The notes under the pieces were generated by a model, which was not told where the DNA came from, did no database searches, and was given only the letters and a program-made list of their open reading frames with translations. A DNA stretch of 64,000 nucleotides from Eledone cirrhosa (lineage: Eukaryota), in the NCBI GenBank assembly GCA_964016885.1, contig OZ024765.1, forward strand, positions 3,658,001 to 3,722,000. Direction: 5' to 3'. The translations under genes were made by a program, and so were the position numbers. Positions 26,750-38,605 of the stretch are shown piece by piece (within the stretch, counting starts at the first letter, position 1; every line of letters begins with the position of its first letter).

Positions 26750-27875
26750 AGAATAGAGCATGGTATGGTGGTAGTACAGGGCGTAGTGAGGTGGTATGGT
26801 GGTAGTACAGGGCGTAGTGAGGTGGTATGGTGGTAGTACAGGGCGTAGTGTGGTGGTATGGTGGTAGTACAGGGCGTAGTGAGGTGGTATGGTGGTAGTA
26901 CAGGGCGTAGTGAGGTGGTATGGTGGTAGTACAGGGCGTAGTGTGGTGGTATGGTGGTAGTACAGGGCGTAGTGAGGTGGTATGGTGGTAGTACAGGGCG
27001 TAGTGTGGTGGTATATAGAGCATGGTATGGTGGTAGTACAGGGCGTAGTGTGGTGGTATATAGAGCATGGTATGGTGGTAGTACAGGATATAGTGTGGTG
27101 GTATATAGAGCATGGTATGGTGGTAGGACAGGGCGTAGTGTGGTGGTATATAGAGCATGGTATGGTGGTAGTACAGGGCATAGTGTGGTGGTAATACAGG
27201 GCGTAGTGTGGTGGTATATAGAGCATGGTATGGTGGTAGTACAGGGCGTAGTGTGGTGGTATATAGAGCATGGTATAGTGGTAGTACAGGGCGTAGTGTG
27301 GTGGTATATAGAGCATGGTATAGTGGTAGTACAGAGCATAGTGTGGTGGTAGTACGGAGCATAGTGTGGTGGTATATAGAGCATGGTATGGTGGTAGTAC
27401 AGGGCGTAGTGTGGTGGTATATAGAGCATGGTATGGTGGTAGTACAGGGCGTAGTGTGGTGGTATATAGAGCATGGTATAGTGGTAGTACAGGGCGTAGT
27501 GTGGTGGTATATAGAGCATGGTATAGTGATAGTACAGAGCATAGTGTGGTGGTAGTATGGAGCATAGTGTGGTGGTATATAGAGCATGGTATGGTGGTAG
27601 TACAGGGCGTAGTGTGGTGGTATATAGAGCATGGTATGGTGGTAGTACAGGGCATAGTGTGGTGGTAGTACGGAGCATAGTGTGGTGGTATATAGAGCAT
27701 GGTATGGGGGTAGTATAGCACATAGGGTGGTGGTATATAGGTGGATGGTATGGTGGTAGTACAGGGTGTAGTGAGGTGGTATATAGAGCATGGTATAGTG
27801 GTAGTACAGGGTGTAGTGTGGTGGTATATAGAGCATGGTATAGTGTGGTGGTATATAGATGGATGGTTTGGTATA
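26750..27875. repeat. 45/31-bp minisatellite in the last BCS1L intron
   Basis: Unit tatggtggtagtacagggcgtagtgtggtggtatatagagcatgg; abuts the acceptor. Confidence 0.95.
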
Positions 27876-28139
27876 GTGACATGCTAAATCTCCCTGAGAA
27901 TTATATTAAGTGTACACATATCTGTGGAATACTCAGCCACCTACACTCTTATATAAGATGAACTGTACCTGTTATACAAAAGGTTAGCCTTGTCACACAC
28001 TGTCTCATGCTGAATCTCCCTGAGAAATTAAGGGTATATGTTTATGGAATACTCAGCCACTTACAGTGTAAAAGATGTACTGTACCTGCAATTCAAAGGG
28101 CCAGCCTTGTCATGCTGAATCTCCCTGAGAATTATGTTA

Positions 28140-28600
28140 AACAATTGAGAGATGAGACCTCTTCAACCGTGCTCCACCAGAAGCTGGGTGTGGATGAGAT
28201 CACTGCTGTCCTTCACATACAACATCTCCGTTGGTACTGACATGTACAGCAATCCCTGGCACTAGAGATTGTGGTAGTCCAAGGAAGAACTGTGCTCTAC
28301 CAGAAGCTGGGTGTGGATGAGATCACTGCTGTCCTTCACACACAACATCTCCGTTGGTACTGACATGTACAGCAATCCCTGGCACTAGAGATCGTGGTAG
28401 TCCAAGGAAGACATGGCTGGAGTGTGTGAAGAGTGATTTGTATAAATGGAACTTGGCCGATGTCGATACTATGGACAGAAACTCATGGAGAGCGGCTGTG
28501 AGACATTGCCTGGTGTTGCCTACCTTGGAGTCCAGGACAACCGCAGCACCCTAAATACCAAAATTGGATATGGATGGATAGATGGAAGATGGATGTAAGA
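28140..28600 (+). mobile_element. RTE-clade LINE 3' fragment with internal duplication
   Basis: LRWY...GSPRKTWLECVKSDL...DRNSWR motif typical of RTE ORF ends; (GGAT)-rich tail. Confidence 0.7.
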
Positions 28601-28746
28601 TGGACTGAACCTGTAATTCAAGAAGCCAGCCTTGTGACACACTTGTCATGCTGAATCTTCCTGAGAATTATGTTAATTGTACACACGTCTGTGGAATGAA
28701 TGCTCAGCCACTGACACTCTAATGGCTCTGCCATATGGTAACTTAC

Positions 28747-28864
28747 CTGTTTAAATAATTTGTTGTCATGAAAACAATGCGTCCTTCAGCAGAAGCGACC
28801 CCATCAAGGGCGTTGAGCAACCCACTGAGGGTAAGGCGACCAAATCCTTGGTAGGCAGCAGGGT
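28747..28864 (-). CDS. BCS1L: BCS1L coding exon 3
   Basis: ctccag|[40 protein letters not shown]|gtaagt; phase-consistent. Confidence 0.95.
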
Positions 28865-28964
28865 CTGGAGGGTGGGAAAACAACAACGTATAAATTAGGG
28901 GTCAGATGTGTGGACTTTAAAGGATGGTATTAAACAGCAATGAGGGGAACTTTAGGTGGATATA

Positions 28965-29770
28965 TGGTGATGGAGGTGGTGGTGGAGGTGGTGGTGATGA
29001 TGGCAGTGGTGGTGGTGGTGGTGATGGTGGCGGTGATGATGGCAGTGGTGGTGGTGGAGGTGGTGGTGGTGATGATGGCAGTGGTGGTGGTGGTGATGAT
29101 GGTGGTGGTGGTGGTGACGATGGTGGTGGTGGTGGTGGTGGAGGTGGTGGTGGTGATGATGATGGCAGTGGTGGTGACGGTGGTGTTGGTGGTGATGATG
29201 GCAGTGGTGGTGGTGGTGGTGATGGTGGCGGTGATGATGGCAGTGGTGGTGGTGGTGGTGATGGCAGTGGTGGTGGTGGTGGTGATGGTGGCGGTGATGA
29301 TGGCAGTGGTGGTGGTGGAGGTGGTGGTGGTGATGATGGCAGTGGTGGTGGTGGTGATGATGGTGGTGGTGGTGACGATGGTGGTGGTGGAGGTGGTGGT
29401 GGTGATGCTGATGGCAGTGGTGGTGACGGTGGTGTTGGTGGTGATGATGGCAGTGGTGGTGGTGGTGGTGATGGTGGCGGTGATGATGGCAGTGGTGGTG
29501 GTGGTGGTGATGGTGGTGGTGGTGATGATGATGGCAGTGGTGATGATGATGGCAGTGGTGGTGACGGTGGTGGTGGTGGTGATGATGGCAGTGGTGGTGG
29601 TGGTGATGATGGCGGTGGTGGTGATGATGGCAGTGGTGGTGGTGGTGGTGGTGGTGGTGGTGGTGGTGATGATGGTGGTGGTGATGATGATGGCAGTGGT
29701 GGAGGTGATGATGATGGTGGTGATGATGGTGATGGTGGTGGTGGTGACGATGGTGGTGGTGATGGTGGTG

Positions 29771-29801
<31 letters not shown>

Positions 29802-29950
29802 CAATTATGATGGCGGTGGTGAGGATGAGTGTGATGATGATGAAGAATGTGATGGTGGTGGTGATGATGATGGTGATGATGTGGATAAAGATACTGGTGG
29901 TGGTGGTGGTGGTGGTGATGATGCTATCATCATCATCATCATCATCATGT
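28965..29950. repeat. (GGT/GAT)n compound trinucleotide repeat in BCS1L intron
   Basis: Directly visible. Confidence 0.95.
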
Positions 29951-30253
29951 TACATACGGAAGAGTGAGACTGACGGAGTGGGAGGAGAGAGATGAAGAGG
30001 GGGTAGGAGGAGTAGGAGGAGAGAGAGACAAAGACCGAGAGGTGGAAGGGGATGCGAGAAGAGACAGGGAGGGAGGAGGAGAAGAAAGAGAGATGAAGAT
30101 GGAGAGGAGAGGAAGAGGAAAAGGAAAAAGAGGAGAGACGGGATGTGAAGATGAAGACAAAGAGAGAAGGCGATGGCAAACAGAGAGAGAGAGAGAGAGA
30201 GCAAGTGGTGGTGGTGGTGGAGGTTGGTGAGGCGGGAGGAAGGGTGCACTTAC

Positions 30254-30409
30254 TTTCGACGGAGAGATCCCGGCTGACAAAGGCAGCATCAATGTCCTCC
30301 AGGAGCATGATACTCTGTTCTGGGGCCGTGGTGAGGAGGTGGGCCAAGCGGTCATCTGTGAGGCTGCGTTCACTGAGATTCATAACACATATGTGGTAGT
30401 CCAGTTCAC
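30254..30409 (-). CDS. BCS1L: BCS1L coding exon 2
   Basis: cacag|[52 protein letters not shown]|gtaagt; Walker B LLEDID. Confidence 0.95.
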
Positions 30410-30530
30410 CTGTGTACATAGACACACAGATAGACGTGTGAGATATATATATATGTATATATATATGTATATATATGTATATATATGTATATATAATATA
30501 AGATCAAAAGAGGGTTAAAAGAGTTCCATG

Positions 30531-30601
30531 TATTTTATTATGCGCATTTCAAAAACAAATATCATCATGCGATGACATTTGCGTTTTCGTCAGATAAAAT
30601 A
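30531..30601 (-). ncRNA. Type I hammerhead ribozyme motif, sense in BCS1L intron
   Basis: UAUUUUAU-CUGACGA-[16-bp stem II, 15 positions paired, GCAU loop]-GAAA-UGCGCA-UA-AUAAAAUA: 8-bp stem I, palindromic stem III. Confidence 0.8.
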
Positions 30602-30921
30602 GGGAGACATGATATGAAGGTTGAAACACACTTGTGAATAGTGCAGTTTTAAATCAACATATGAAAAGTAGTTTAAGATTGATGTGTGATATTGGGAAAA
30701 AAATGAGGGGGGTGGGTTGGAAAGGATGAAAAAGAGGAGGAGATGAGAGTAAAGAATGGAGGGGGAGGAGTATAATAAGGAAGTATGAGAGATGGATGAT
30801 AGAGAGAGAGAGATAGCTTTTATAACTGAGAAAAATATATTGTTTTACAGAGAGAGGTTAAAAAACCGTTGGAAGATAATATATAAATTAAAAGAATTTG
30901 AAAGTTAAACTCACCTCCTAC

Positions 30922-30952
<31 letters not shown>

Positions 30953-31115
30953 TATATATATATATTCCTCATTTTTCGTTGCATTACCATATTTGATTGT
31001 TTACGGTCTCGCTTGTTCCCCTTATTTATGTGTCCCAACGACTTTCTTTAGTCGTTGCTCGCGATGAAATACCAATGAAGGTTGGAAGATCACTGATGAA
31101 GGACTAAATTTATTC

Positions 31116-31197
<82 letters not shown>

Positions 31198-31199
<2 letters not shown>

Positions 31200-31790
31200 G
31201 CAAAGCATAAATGAACTAAGTGAGAAATTAGGAATAAGAGGGATCAGATGCTGTTTACTTGAGAGAAGACTACGTTGGTATGGTCACGTGATGCGCATGA
31301 AAGACTACAGCTGCATAAAAAAGTGCAGGGCGATCAAAATTGATGGTAGTTATGGAGTAGGTAGACCCAGAAAAACCTGGGACGATCTGATAAATTCCGA
31401 CCTTACACACTTACATCTCTCTAAGGCAATGTCTCTGGACCGAGATCTTTGGCGCTACGCAGTAATACAGAAGACCCGCCTTGCCTATGTACAAAGCGAA
31501 ACCTACAGTCAGTAGGCACTTCTTAACCAAATATACACCCCAATCCACTACCCCATCCTCCCACTCCCACCAACAGCACAAGAAAATGAGATCGAGATTG
31601 TGTAGGTGTCACGACTGTAAATGTGGTTGGTGTTAGGAAGGGCATCCAGCCGTAGAAAACCTGCCAGATAGTCCTATATGAGCGAGACACGGTCACCCGA
31701 CCAGCCTTGCCTCAAGTGGGACAACTCCCGTCTAACCCATGCTAGCGTGGAAAATGGATGTTAAACGAAGATGATGATGATGATGAAGAT
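31198..31790 (+). mobile_element. RTE-clade LINE 3' end
   Basis: RRLRWYGHVMRM...GRPRKTWDDLINSDL...DRDLWR, then UTR and ctaacccatgctagcgtggaaa...(GAT)n tail. Related fragment at 50130-50380. Confidence 0.8.
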
Positions 31791-32156
31791 ATATACACAC
31801 ACACACACATATATGTATGTATAGTATATTTGGCAATATACCATATGTTTAATTAAAAACTTTTAGAAGACCATAGTGGTCTTCTGCAAAGTGGTCATGG
31901 AGGTGCCACGGCAAAAAAGCACCCAGCACTCACTGTAAATGAGGTTGGTGTTAGGAAGGGCATCCAGCTGTAGAAATCAAGCCAGAATCAGTTCCCGTCT
32001 CACTCTTGCAAGCAGGGAAAAGTGGACATAAAATGATGATGATGATGATATACATATATATGTATGTATGTGAAAGGTAAACAGAAATAACAACACAATT
32101 GGTACAGTATATGGAAGGTATATATTAGGTTAACGCTTGATATAGCAGGAAGAGAG

Positions 32157-32192
32157 TCTTAACGTTTCGGACGCTAGTCCTTCATCAGAAGA
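32157..32192 (-). ncRNA. Minimal hammerhead ribozyme motif, sense in BCS1L intron
   Basis: UCUU-CUGAUGA-AGGAC UAGC GUCC-GAAA-CG-UU-AAGA; palindromic AACGUU as in dimeric Penelope hammerheads. Confidence 0.65.
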
Positions 32193-32373
32193 AAGAATGA
32201 GAAATAAGATTAAGGGGATGGGTGGGATGGAATTGGAAAAAATGTCTTTAGATAAAAATAATATGTCCTTTCATGTTGACATCTCTTGCAAAAGATACAC
32301 ACCCAGACATAACACTATCATCATGAAGAGGAATTTGACATTCACTTCTATATTTAAAAAAAAATGTCCTTAC

Positions 32374-33109
32374 CAGCAAGTGCCACAATGTAGCTGCTTT
32401 TCCCACAGCCCGGGGGCCCATGGAGCAAGTAACCCCTACGATAGGGGATACCTCTATCTGTGTACCACTTGACGCTGGAGACAAACTCATTGATATCTTC
32501 AAGGATTCTCTCAGAAATTCCAGAATCAAGGATGACGGAATGCAGGGGTCGCTTGCGTTTCGGGTATCCAAACTGTCGCCATTCAGAGCCCATCGGTGTG
32601 TACATCACAGTCTTTCCTTCCTGTTCCTTCAGTGCAATTGCTCGAGCCTCCTCCAGAATATCAAAGAACATCTGCCTGTTTTGGCCAATGGCCGTCAGTG
32701 AGACTGTCTCAAAGGGAGTCCCTGTTGTAAAGTCCCCCATTGTTTTCTCTCGGTTCCGCTCTACTTTGATCCAGTTGCCCTCATGACGGAAGAAATGGTT
32801 ACCAGGGCTTGGCACGAAGTCAAAGTAAGTAGAGACGCGTCCGGTGTCCGACTGGTGGTACTTGGTGTGAACACTCAAGTGCTGTGTCCGCGTGTATGCC
32901 CGGTTTGAGATCCAGTGGAGCAACCACCGATAGCTCTTGTCTGAGCTCGGAACTTCCAGACTAATCAGGTAGTTCCGACGTAGCAGGATCACACCATACT
33001 GGCTTAATTTCCGAAGGGCTGCCATACTGGTGCCAACCCCTACAAGACCGAACCCAGCTCCAAAATAAGGGTTTGTGCCCAATGAAGCCAGGAGCTCTGC
33101 AACCGTCAT
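32374..33109 (-). CDS. BCS1L: Mitochondrial chaperone BCS1 (AAA ATPase), coding exon 1
   Basis: [26 protein letters not shown]...[10 protein letters not shown]...[25 protein letters not shown] (BCS1 N domain, Walker A). Acceptor just upstream of 33130; donor gtaagg at 32373. Confidence 0.96.
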
Positions 33110-34010
33110 CCTCTCTCAAAAAAAACAAATCTGAAATAGAAAAAAGAAAGAATATAAAATATAACTGGGTTCAAGTATATGACAGGGTGGTTTATTCTGT
33201 TCTTGAGCAAGAAACTTCATTTCACACTGCTTATCATGATAAAAGTGGGGATCCTATGATTAAAACACAAGAAACCTCCTATAAGCTAAATAAGCTATAA
33301 CTTAGGGCCACATCTCCCAGGGCCTCATTCTTAAATATATTTATATTTTATTATTATGGGGTTGGTGAATTGGCAGTATCGGTAGAGGGTCGGACGCCAT
33401 GCTTTCCAGCATAGTTACGTCCCTTTACGATCTGAGTTCAAATCCCGCCGAGGTTAACTTTGCCTTTCATCTTTACGGGGTCGATAAAATAAAGTACCAG
33501 TCACGCACTGAGTAATTATTGGCCTTGTGCCAAAAATAGAAACAATTATTAGTTTTTATTCTTTAACACTAAATCATAAAAAATTATATATATATATATA
33601 TATTTTTTTTTTTTCGTCACATCACCAGTCTGAAGAGCAGATCAATAGTGGAGTCGGGTCCATAACTCCTATGAGTGCCCTTGAGCCAATCCTTTGTGAA
33701 ACACATGTAACAAGTCGATACACAATAAATATCTTATATATGTAAACAAAACTTCCTTGTATTTTTCTTGTATATTATACACACAACACACAAAAACAAG
33801 ATAGTGTAGGACAGAACAAAAGAGAGACTCAAAATAAAAACCTAGTTACTGAGGAGGCCACAGAATGTATAACGAAAGAGCTTTGACAATATATATATAT
33901 ATCATATTAGATATGAATCAAAGTTGTTGCTGCCCTATGGCAGGTACTAATCGAGTTATTTGAGTCAATATATATAATCATCATTGAGCTAACTGCCTCT
34001 ATTAACTTAC

Positions 34011-34345
34011 CTTATTGTTCTATTAAAACACAGTAAATTAGGGTTGATAAAGTAAAAATACACACACATGTACACCAGGTCCGAATACAGAGGAGCCGAA
34101 CTGTCCTGGTCTAAACACAGCTTATCTCTTTCAAGGAAGAAAGAGAATGAGAGTTAGATAGGGAAAAGTAAGAAAGGGATATAAAGATTGAATGTAATAG
34201 AGGAAAACACGGGAAGGATGATTGGGTTCTGGGTCTAGGGCACGGCGACAGAGGGGTTGCGCTCCGCGGAAAATGGCCAGTGACAGCCGCTGCAACAGTC
34301 ACACCTCGCGGGGCACCCTCCTCATACGGGCCGCCGATGTTCCGA
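34011..34345 (-). promoter_or_regulatory. Putative BCS1L promoter and non-coding first exon
   Basis: Minus-strand donor AG|gtaagt at 34011/34010 and a CpG-rich patch at 34240-34340; the first coding exon begins with an acceptor. Confidence 0.5.
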
Positions 34346-35214
34346 TATATTCCAGAAATAAAAATAATAAAGTTACATTAAAAAAATAGAAAGAGATATA
34401 GAGAAAGAATCGATCCCAGTGTTGGACAGGTGCTTTTTTTTTTTTATCGACCTCGAAAGGATGAAAGGCAAAGTTGACTTCGACGGGATTTGAACTCAGT
34501 GACCACACAGAGTCGGAACAATTACCGCAAGGCATTTTATCGAACGATCTCACGATTATGCAACTTCGCAGCACCGTTCTTCGATAATGTTTATTTTCAC
34601 GTTGTTTATCCTAAGGTCAGCGCCTATCCAACAGATTTATGACGAAAGACGTTCCAACCGTGATCATCCCATTCTATTTTTTTAAATTCAGACATAATAT
34701 ATCTAGAAATGCATTCACATTCACTATTCAATGTGTCCTTCACACCAACTTTAATGAATAAAAAAAGTGTGATTTGACGAAGAATAACTGCTGTTTTTCT
34801 CAAATCGAGTGATCAGCTCAAATTTGAAAGGATGTTACTTTGATAAATACCTGTTGATATTGCCGTTGTTGCTGTTGTTCTATGGCGAGGTTATGAGACG
34901 GACAAGTAAAGCTTTCATAACATGCTTTCCTTGACGAAATTTCTTCAAACATGTGAAAATAATAAAACCGGCAGGGGAGATAAATCTAATGTCTTGTCTA
35001 TTTCTCTCCCTTGATATCCACCCCACCTCAGACCAAAGTAATTTAAGCTCTTTCATTGTATGTATGATCCCTTAACTAATCGTGGAGTCATAGGGACGCC
35101 ATCCTGACACACGGCATGTCTTGGACACTGTAAACCTGGTGGAGCTTATCACGCTCTCCAGGTTTGAACACAGTCGATTTCTTACAGAGAAGAAGAGAAA
35201 GAAATATAGAGGAA

Positions 35215-35356
35215 GAATCGACCCCAGTCGACTGGTACTTTTTTTATCGACCTTGAAAGGATGACGGGTAACGTTGACTCGGTTGAATTTGACCTCACAG
35301 CTAAAACAAATGCCGCAAGGCATTCTATCCGACGTAGAGAGATGAGGGGGGGGGGG

Positions 35357-35394
<38 letters not shown>

Positions 35395-35690
35395 CAATCG
35401 ACCACAGTATTGGACTGGTACTTTTTTTTATCGACCTTGGAAGAATGCAAGGCAAAGTTGACCTCGGCAGGATTTGAATTTAGAGCACAGAGAGCCAAAA
35501 CAAATACTGCAAGGCATTCTATCCGACATTAAGATGAGAGAGAGAAAGGGGGAAGAATCGACCTCAGTACTTAACTAGTACAGTTTTTTTTATTGACCTC
35601 GAAATGGATGAAAGGCGAAGTCAACCTCGGCGGGATTTGAACTCAAGAGCCAATACAAATACCGCAAGGCAGTCTATCCAACGTTAAGAA
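35215..35690 (-). mobile_element. Three tandem family-B SINE copies
   Basis: Reverse complement of the family B core repeated three times, separated by (GA)n. Confidence 0.7.
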
Positions 35691-35753
35691 GTGATAAATA
35701 TATATATATATATATATAATATAAGATCAAAAGATGGTTAAAGGAGTTCCATG

Positions 35754-35824
35754 TATTTTATTATGCGCATTTCAAAAACAAACATCATCATGCAATAATA
35801 TTTGTGTTTTCATCAGATAAAACA
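35754..35824 (-). ncRNA. Type I hammerhead motif, second copy of the 30531 family
   Basis: Same element with CUGAUGA core and GAAA-UGCGCA-UA-AUAAAA; stem II partly diverged. Confidence 0.7.
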
Positions 35825-36712
35825 GGAGAACATGATATGAAGGCTAAAAAACACTTGTGGATAGTGCAGTTTTAAATCAACATATATATATATATATACA
35901 GTATTTTCCGTTGTGTTGTAATTTCAATATTACACACAGTAGATTGACAGCTCACGTAGAGTTTGCTCGACGGTTCCAGTTGTAATTCCAAAAGTAATCC
36001 GGAGAAAAATAGAAAGATTTGAATGGATACAGTTTAGTTGAAAGGAATTTATTGACGCGTGTTTCTATAACAGTTACATAACCTGAAAACAGCTGCTATC
36101 TACAAAGTATTAGTTTTGCAGACAATCAATATTTCAATGTTATTATTTACTGTCATTTCATCAGAATAATATTACTGAGGACCTGTTTGGTTTTTATAGA
36201 GAATATTAGGAGAGAGGGGTGAAGTTGTTAGAAGAATAGTTGAGGGAGTGCTTTTTTGATAGCAGTGAGAATTTTTGGTGGCAGTGAGTAATTAGATTCC
36301 CATCTGTTGTTTTGACATTTTTATAGAATATATTATTGGTTATTTTTCTAAATCTATAGAGGGATTAGAGATAGTAAAGATATGCGTGGTTGGTTTGGTG
36401 TTTGCACTTAATTAACATTCAGACTTAAATTTTTTTTTTTCTTCCAGTGTACGTATCCTTTCACCCACGCATTCTCACATAAACATATTTGCACCCCTCT
36501 ACAAAATACATATACTCACATTCACATAGTAACATGTTCATACTTACATACATATACACATGCATACATATATATATACACACATGTATTCATGTACATA
36601 CATACGCGTTCATGTGTATACATTTTCATACTCAACTTATCTTTATATACACACGTATAGACACACACATATATACATACATACTCTAGTCTATGTGTAT
36701 ATATATATACAT

Positions 36713-36781
<69 letters not shown>

Positions 36782-37242
36782 CACTTTAATACATGAATAC
36801 ACTTACATCTAACTATACACATCAAACATATATATATTTACTTATTTATATACATTTTCACATATATATACATACTTATGGTCGCTTTTAGACACATTCA
36901 TTATCGCATTTTTGCACCTATTCTCATCAGCATATCTTTCCATTATTAGTGTGGTAATTTGAGGTTATTAATATACATATATATGTTGAGAAGAAATTGT
37001 TTTTATATTTTTCTAACTAGATTGAGGTTTATATAGTTGGGGGGATGTCCCTCTTTTATGTAATATTCGGCTTGTAGTGGGAAAAAAGGGTTTTAGTTCG
37101 GTGACGGCAGAATATTGATTGACGGAAATATTGATTGTCTGCATAACTAATACTTTGTAGATAACAGCTGTTTTCAGGTTATGTAACTGTTATAGAAACA
37201 CGTGTCAATAAATTCCTTTCAACTAAACTGTATCCATTCAAA

Positions 37243-37320
<78 letters not shown>

Positions 37321-37348
37321 ATCAAAAGATGGTTAAAAGAGTTCCATG

Positions 37349-37419
37349 TATTTTATTATGCGCATTTCAAAAACAAATATCATCATGTAACAACATTTGT
37401 GTTTTCATCAGATAAAATA
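37349..37419 (-). ncRNA. Type I hammerhead motif, third copy of the 30531 family
   Basis: UAUUUUAU-CUGAUGA-stem II-GAAA-UGCGCA-UA-AUAAAAUA. Confidence 0.75.
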
Positions 37420-37556
37420 GGAAGATATGATATGAAGGTTAAAAAACACTTGTGGATAGTGCAGTTTTAAATCAACATATGAAAAGTAGTTTTAGATTGA
37501 TGTGTGATATTGGGGAAAAAAATTTTCATCATTGTACTACAATAAAACTTACCTCC

Positions 37557-37629
<73 letters not shown>

Positions 37630-37771
37630 GAAAATGAAGTATTTCCGTAGGAAAGGTAAAGGAAAAGAGAGTGCTCTATGTAGGCTACAGAGCTTTTTAG
37701 TTATGTAATAAACAACATAAGATAATTAATCCAATGGTAAATAAATTCATTATCTTATGTTGTTTATTACA

Positions 37772-37846
<75 letters not shown>

Positions 37847-38410
37847 CGAAGGAAATGTGGTAAGGAACCAGGTGGACCATAACGCACCAAAGTACTCAAT
37901 ACTTAGGGTAGTAGAGTGGGTAATAGGAACCAGTAAGACCCCGACGGCTGAGCTCAAGCCGTTTCGACGGCTAATTCTGGACGGCTAATTCAGTCCAGAA
38001 TTAGCCGTCGAAACGGCTTGAGCTCAGCCGTCGGGGTCTTACTGGTTCCTATATATATATATATCTTCTCACCCGTGGAAGGGCTTATGCCCGAAACGTC
38101 GTCCCCCACTTACCCCCACTCTCCTGAGCGTGAAATTAATAAACATTTATTGTACTGCCTCTCTGTTTTGCCCCTGTTCAAATTTTTCCATTATATATAA
38201 TACACGCTCACACGGCTTCCATCCTTGGAACATAACTTAACAACCGGCTCAACCCGATCTAATCCGCCGTGACCTTTCTCCGAACTTTACTCACCTTCCC
38301 ACACTTGGTCTTTCCTTCCACGCATTACCTATTCGCACCGTTTCCTTTCGCTATATGTCTCTCCACCACTCCCCTACACACCTTTTGAACTCTGTTCCCA
38401 CACACTTCTC

Positions 38411-38442
38411 ACCTGAGGAAGGGCTTATGCCCGAAACGTCGT
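38411..38442 (+). ncRNA. Minimal hammerhead motif in a duplicated pLTR-like segment
   Basis: CUGAGGA-AGGGC UUAU GCCC-GAAA-CG-UC. Stem I is only 2 bp; a core-mutated direct copy lies at about 38071-38102. Confidence 0.55.
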
Positions 38443-38519
38443 CCCCCACTCTCCTGAGCGTGAAATTAATAAACATTTATTGTACTGCCTCTCTGTTTTG
38501 TCCCTGTTCAAATTTTTCC

Positions 38520-38605
<86 letters not shown>

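Noticed and set aside
26729-27882. His/Tyr/Pro-rich long ORFs
   Set aside because: Products of a 45-bp minisatellite; only 26490-26745 is real BCS1L coding sequence.
28917-29995. Long Gly/Asp-, Pro/Ser- and Val/Met-rich ORFs
   Set aside because: Open in several frames because of (GGT)n; lies within a BCS1L intron.
31090-31112. CTGATGAAGGACT hammerhead start
   Set aside because: Truncated by a (TA)n tract before GAAA; the similar start at about 57487 is also incomplete.
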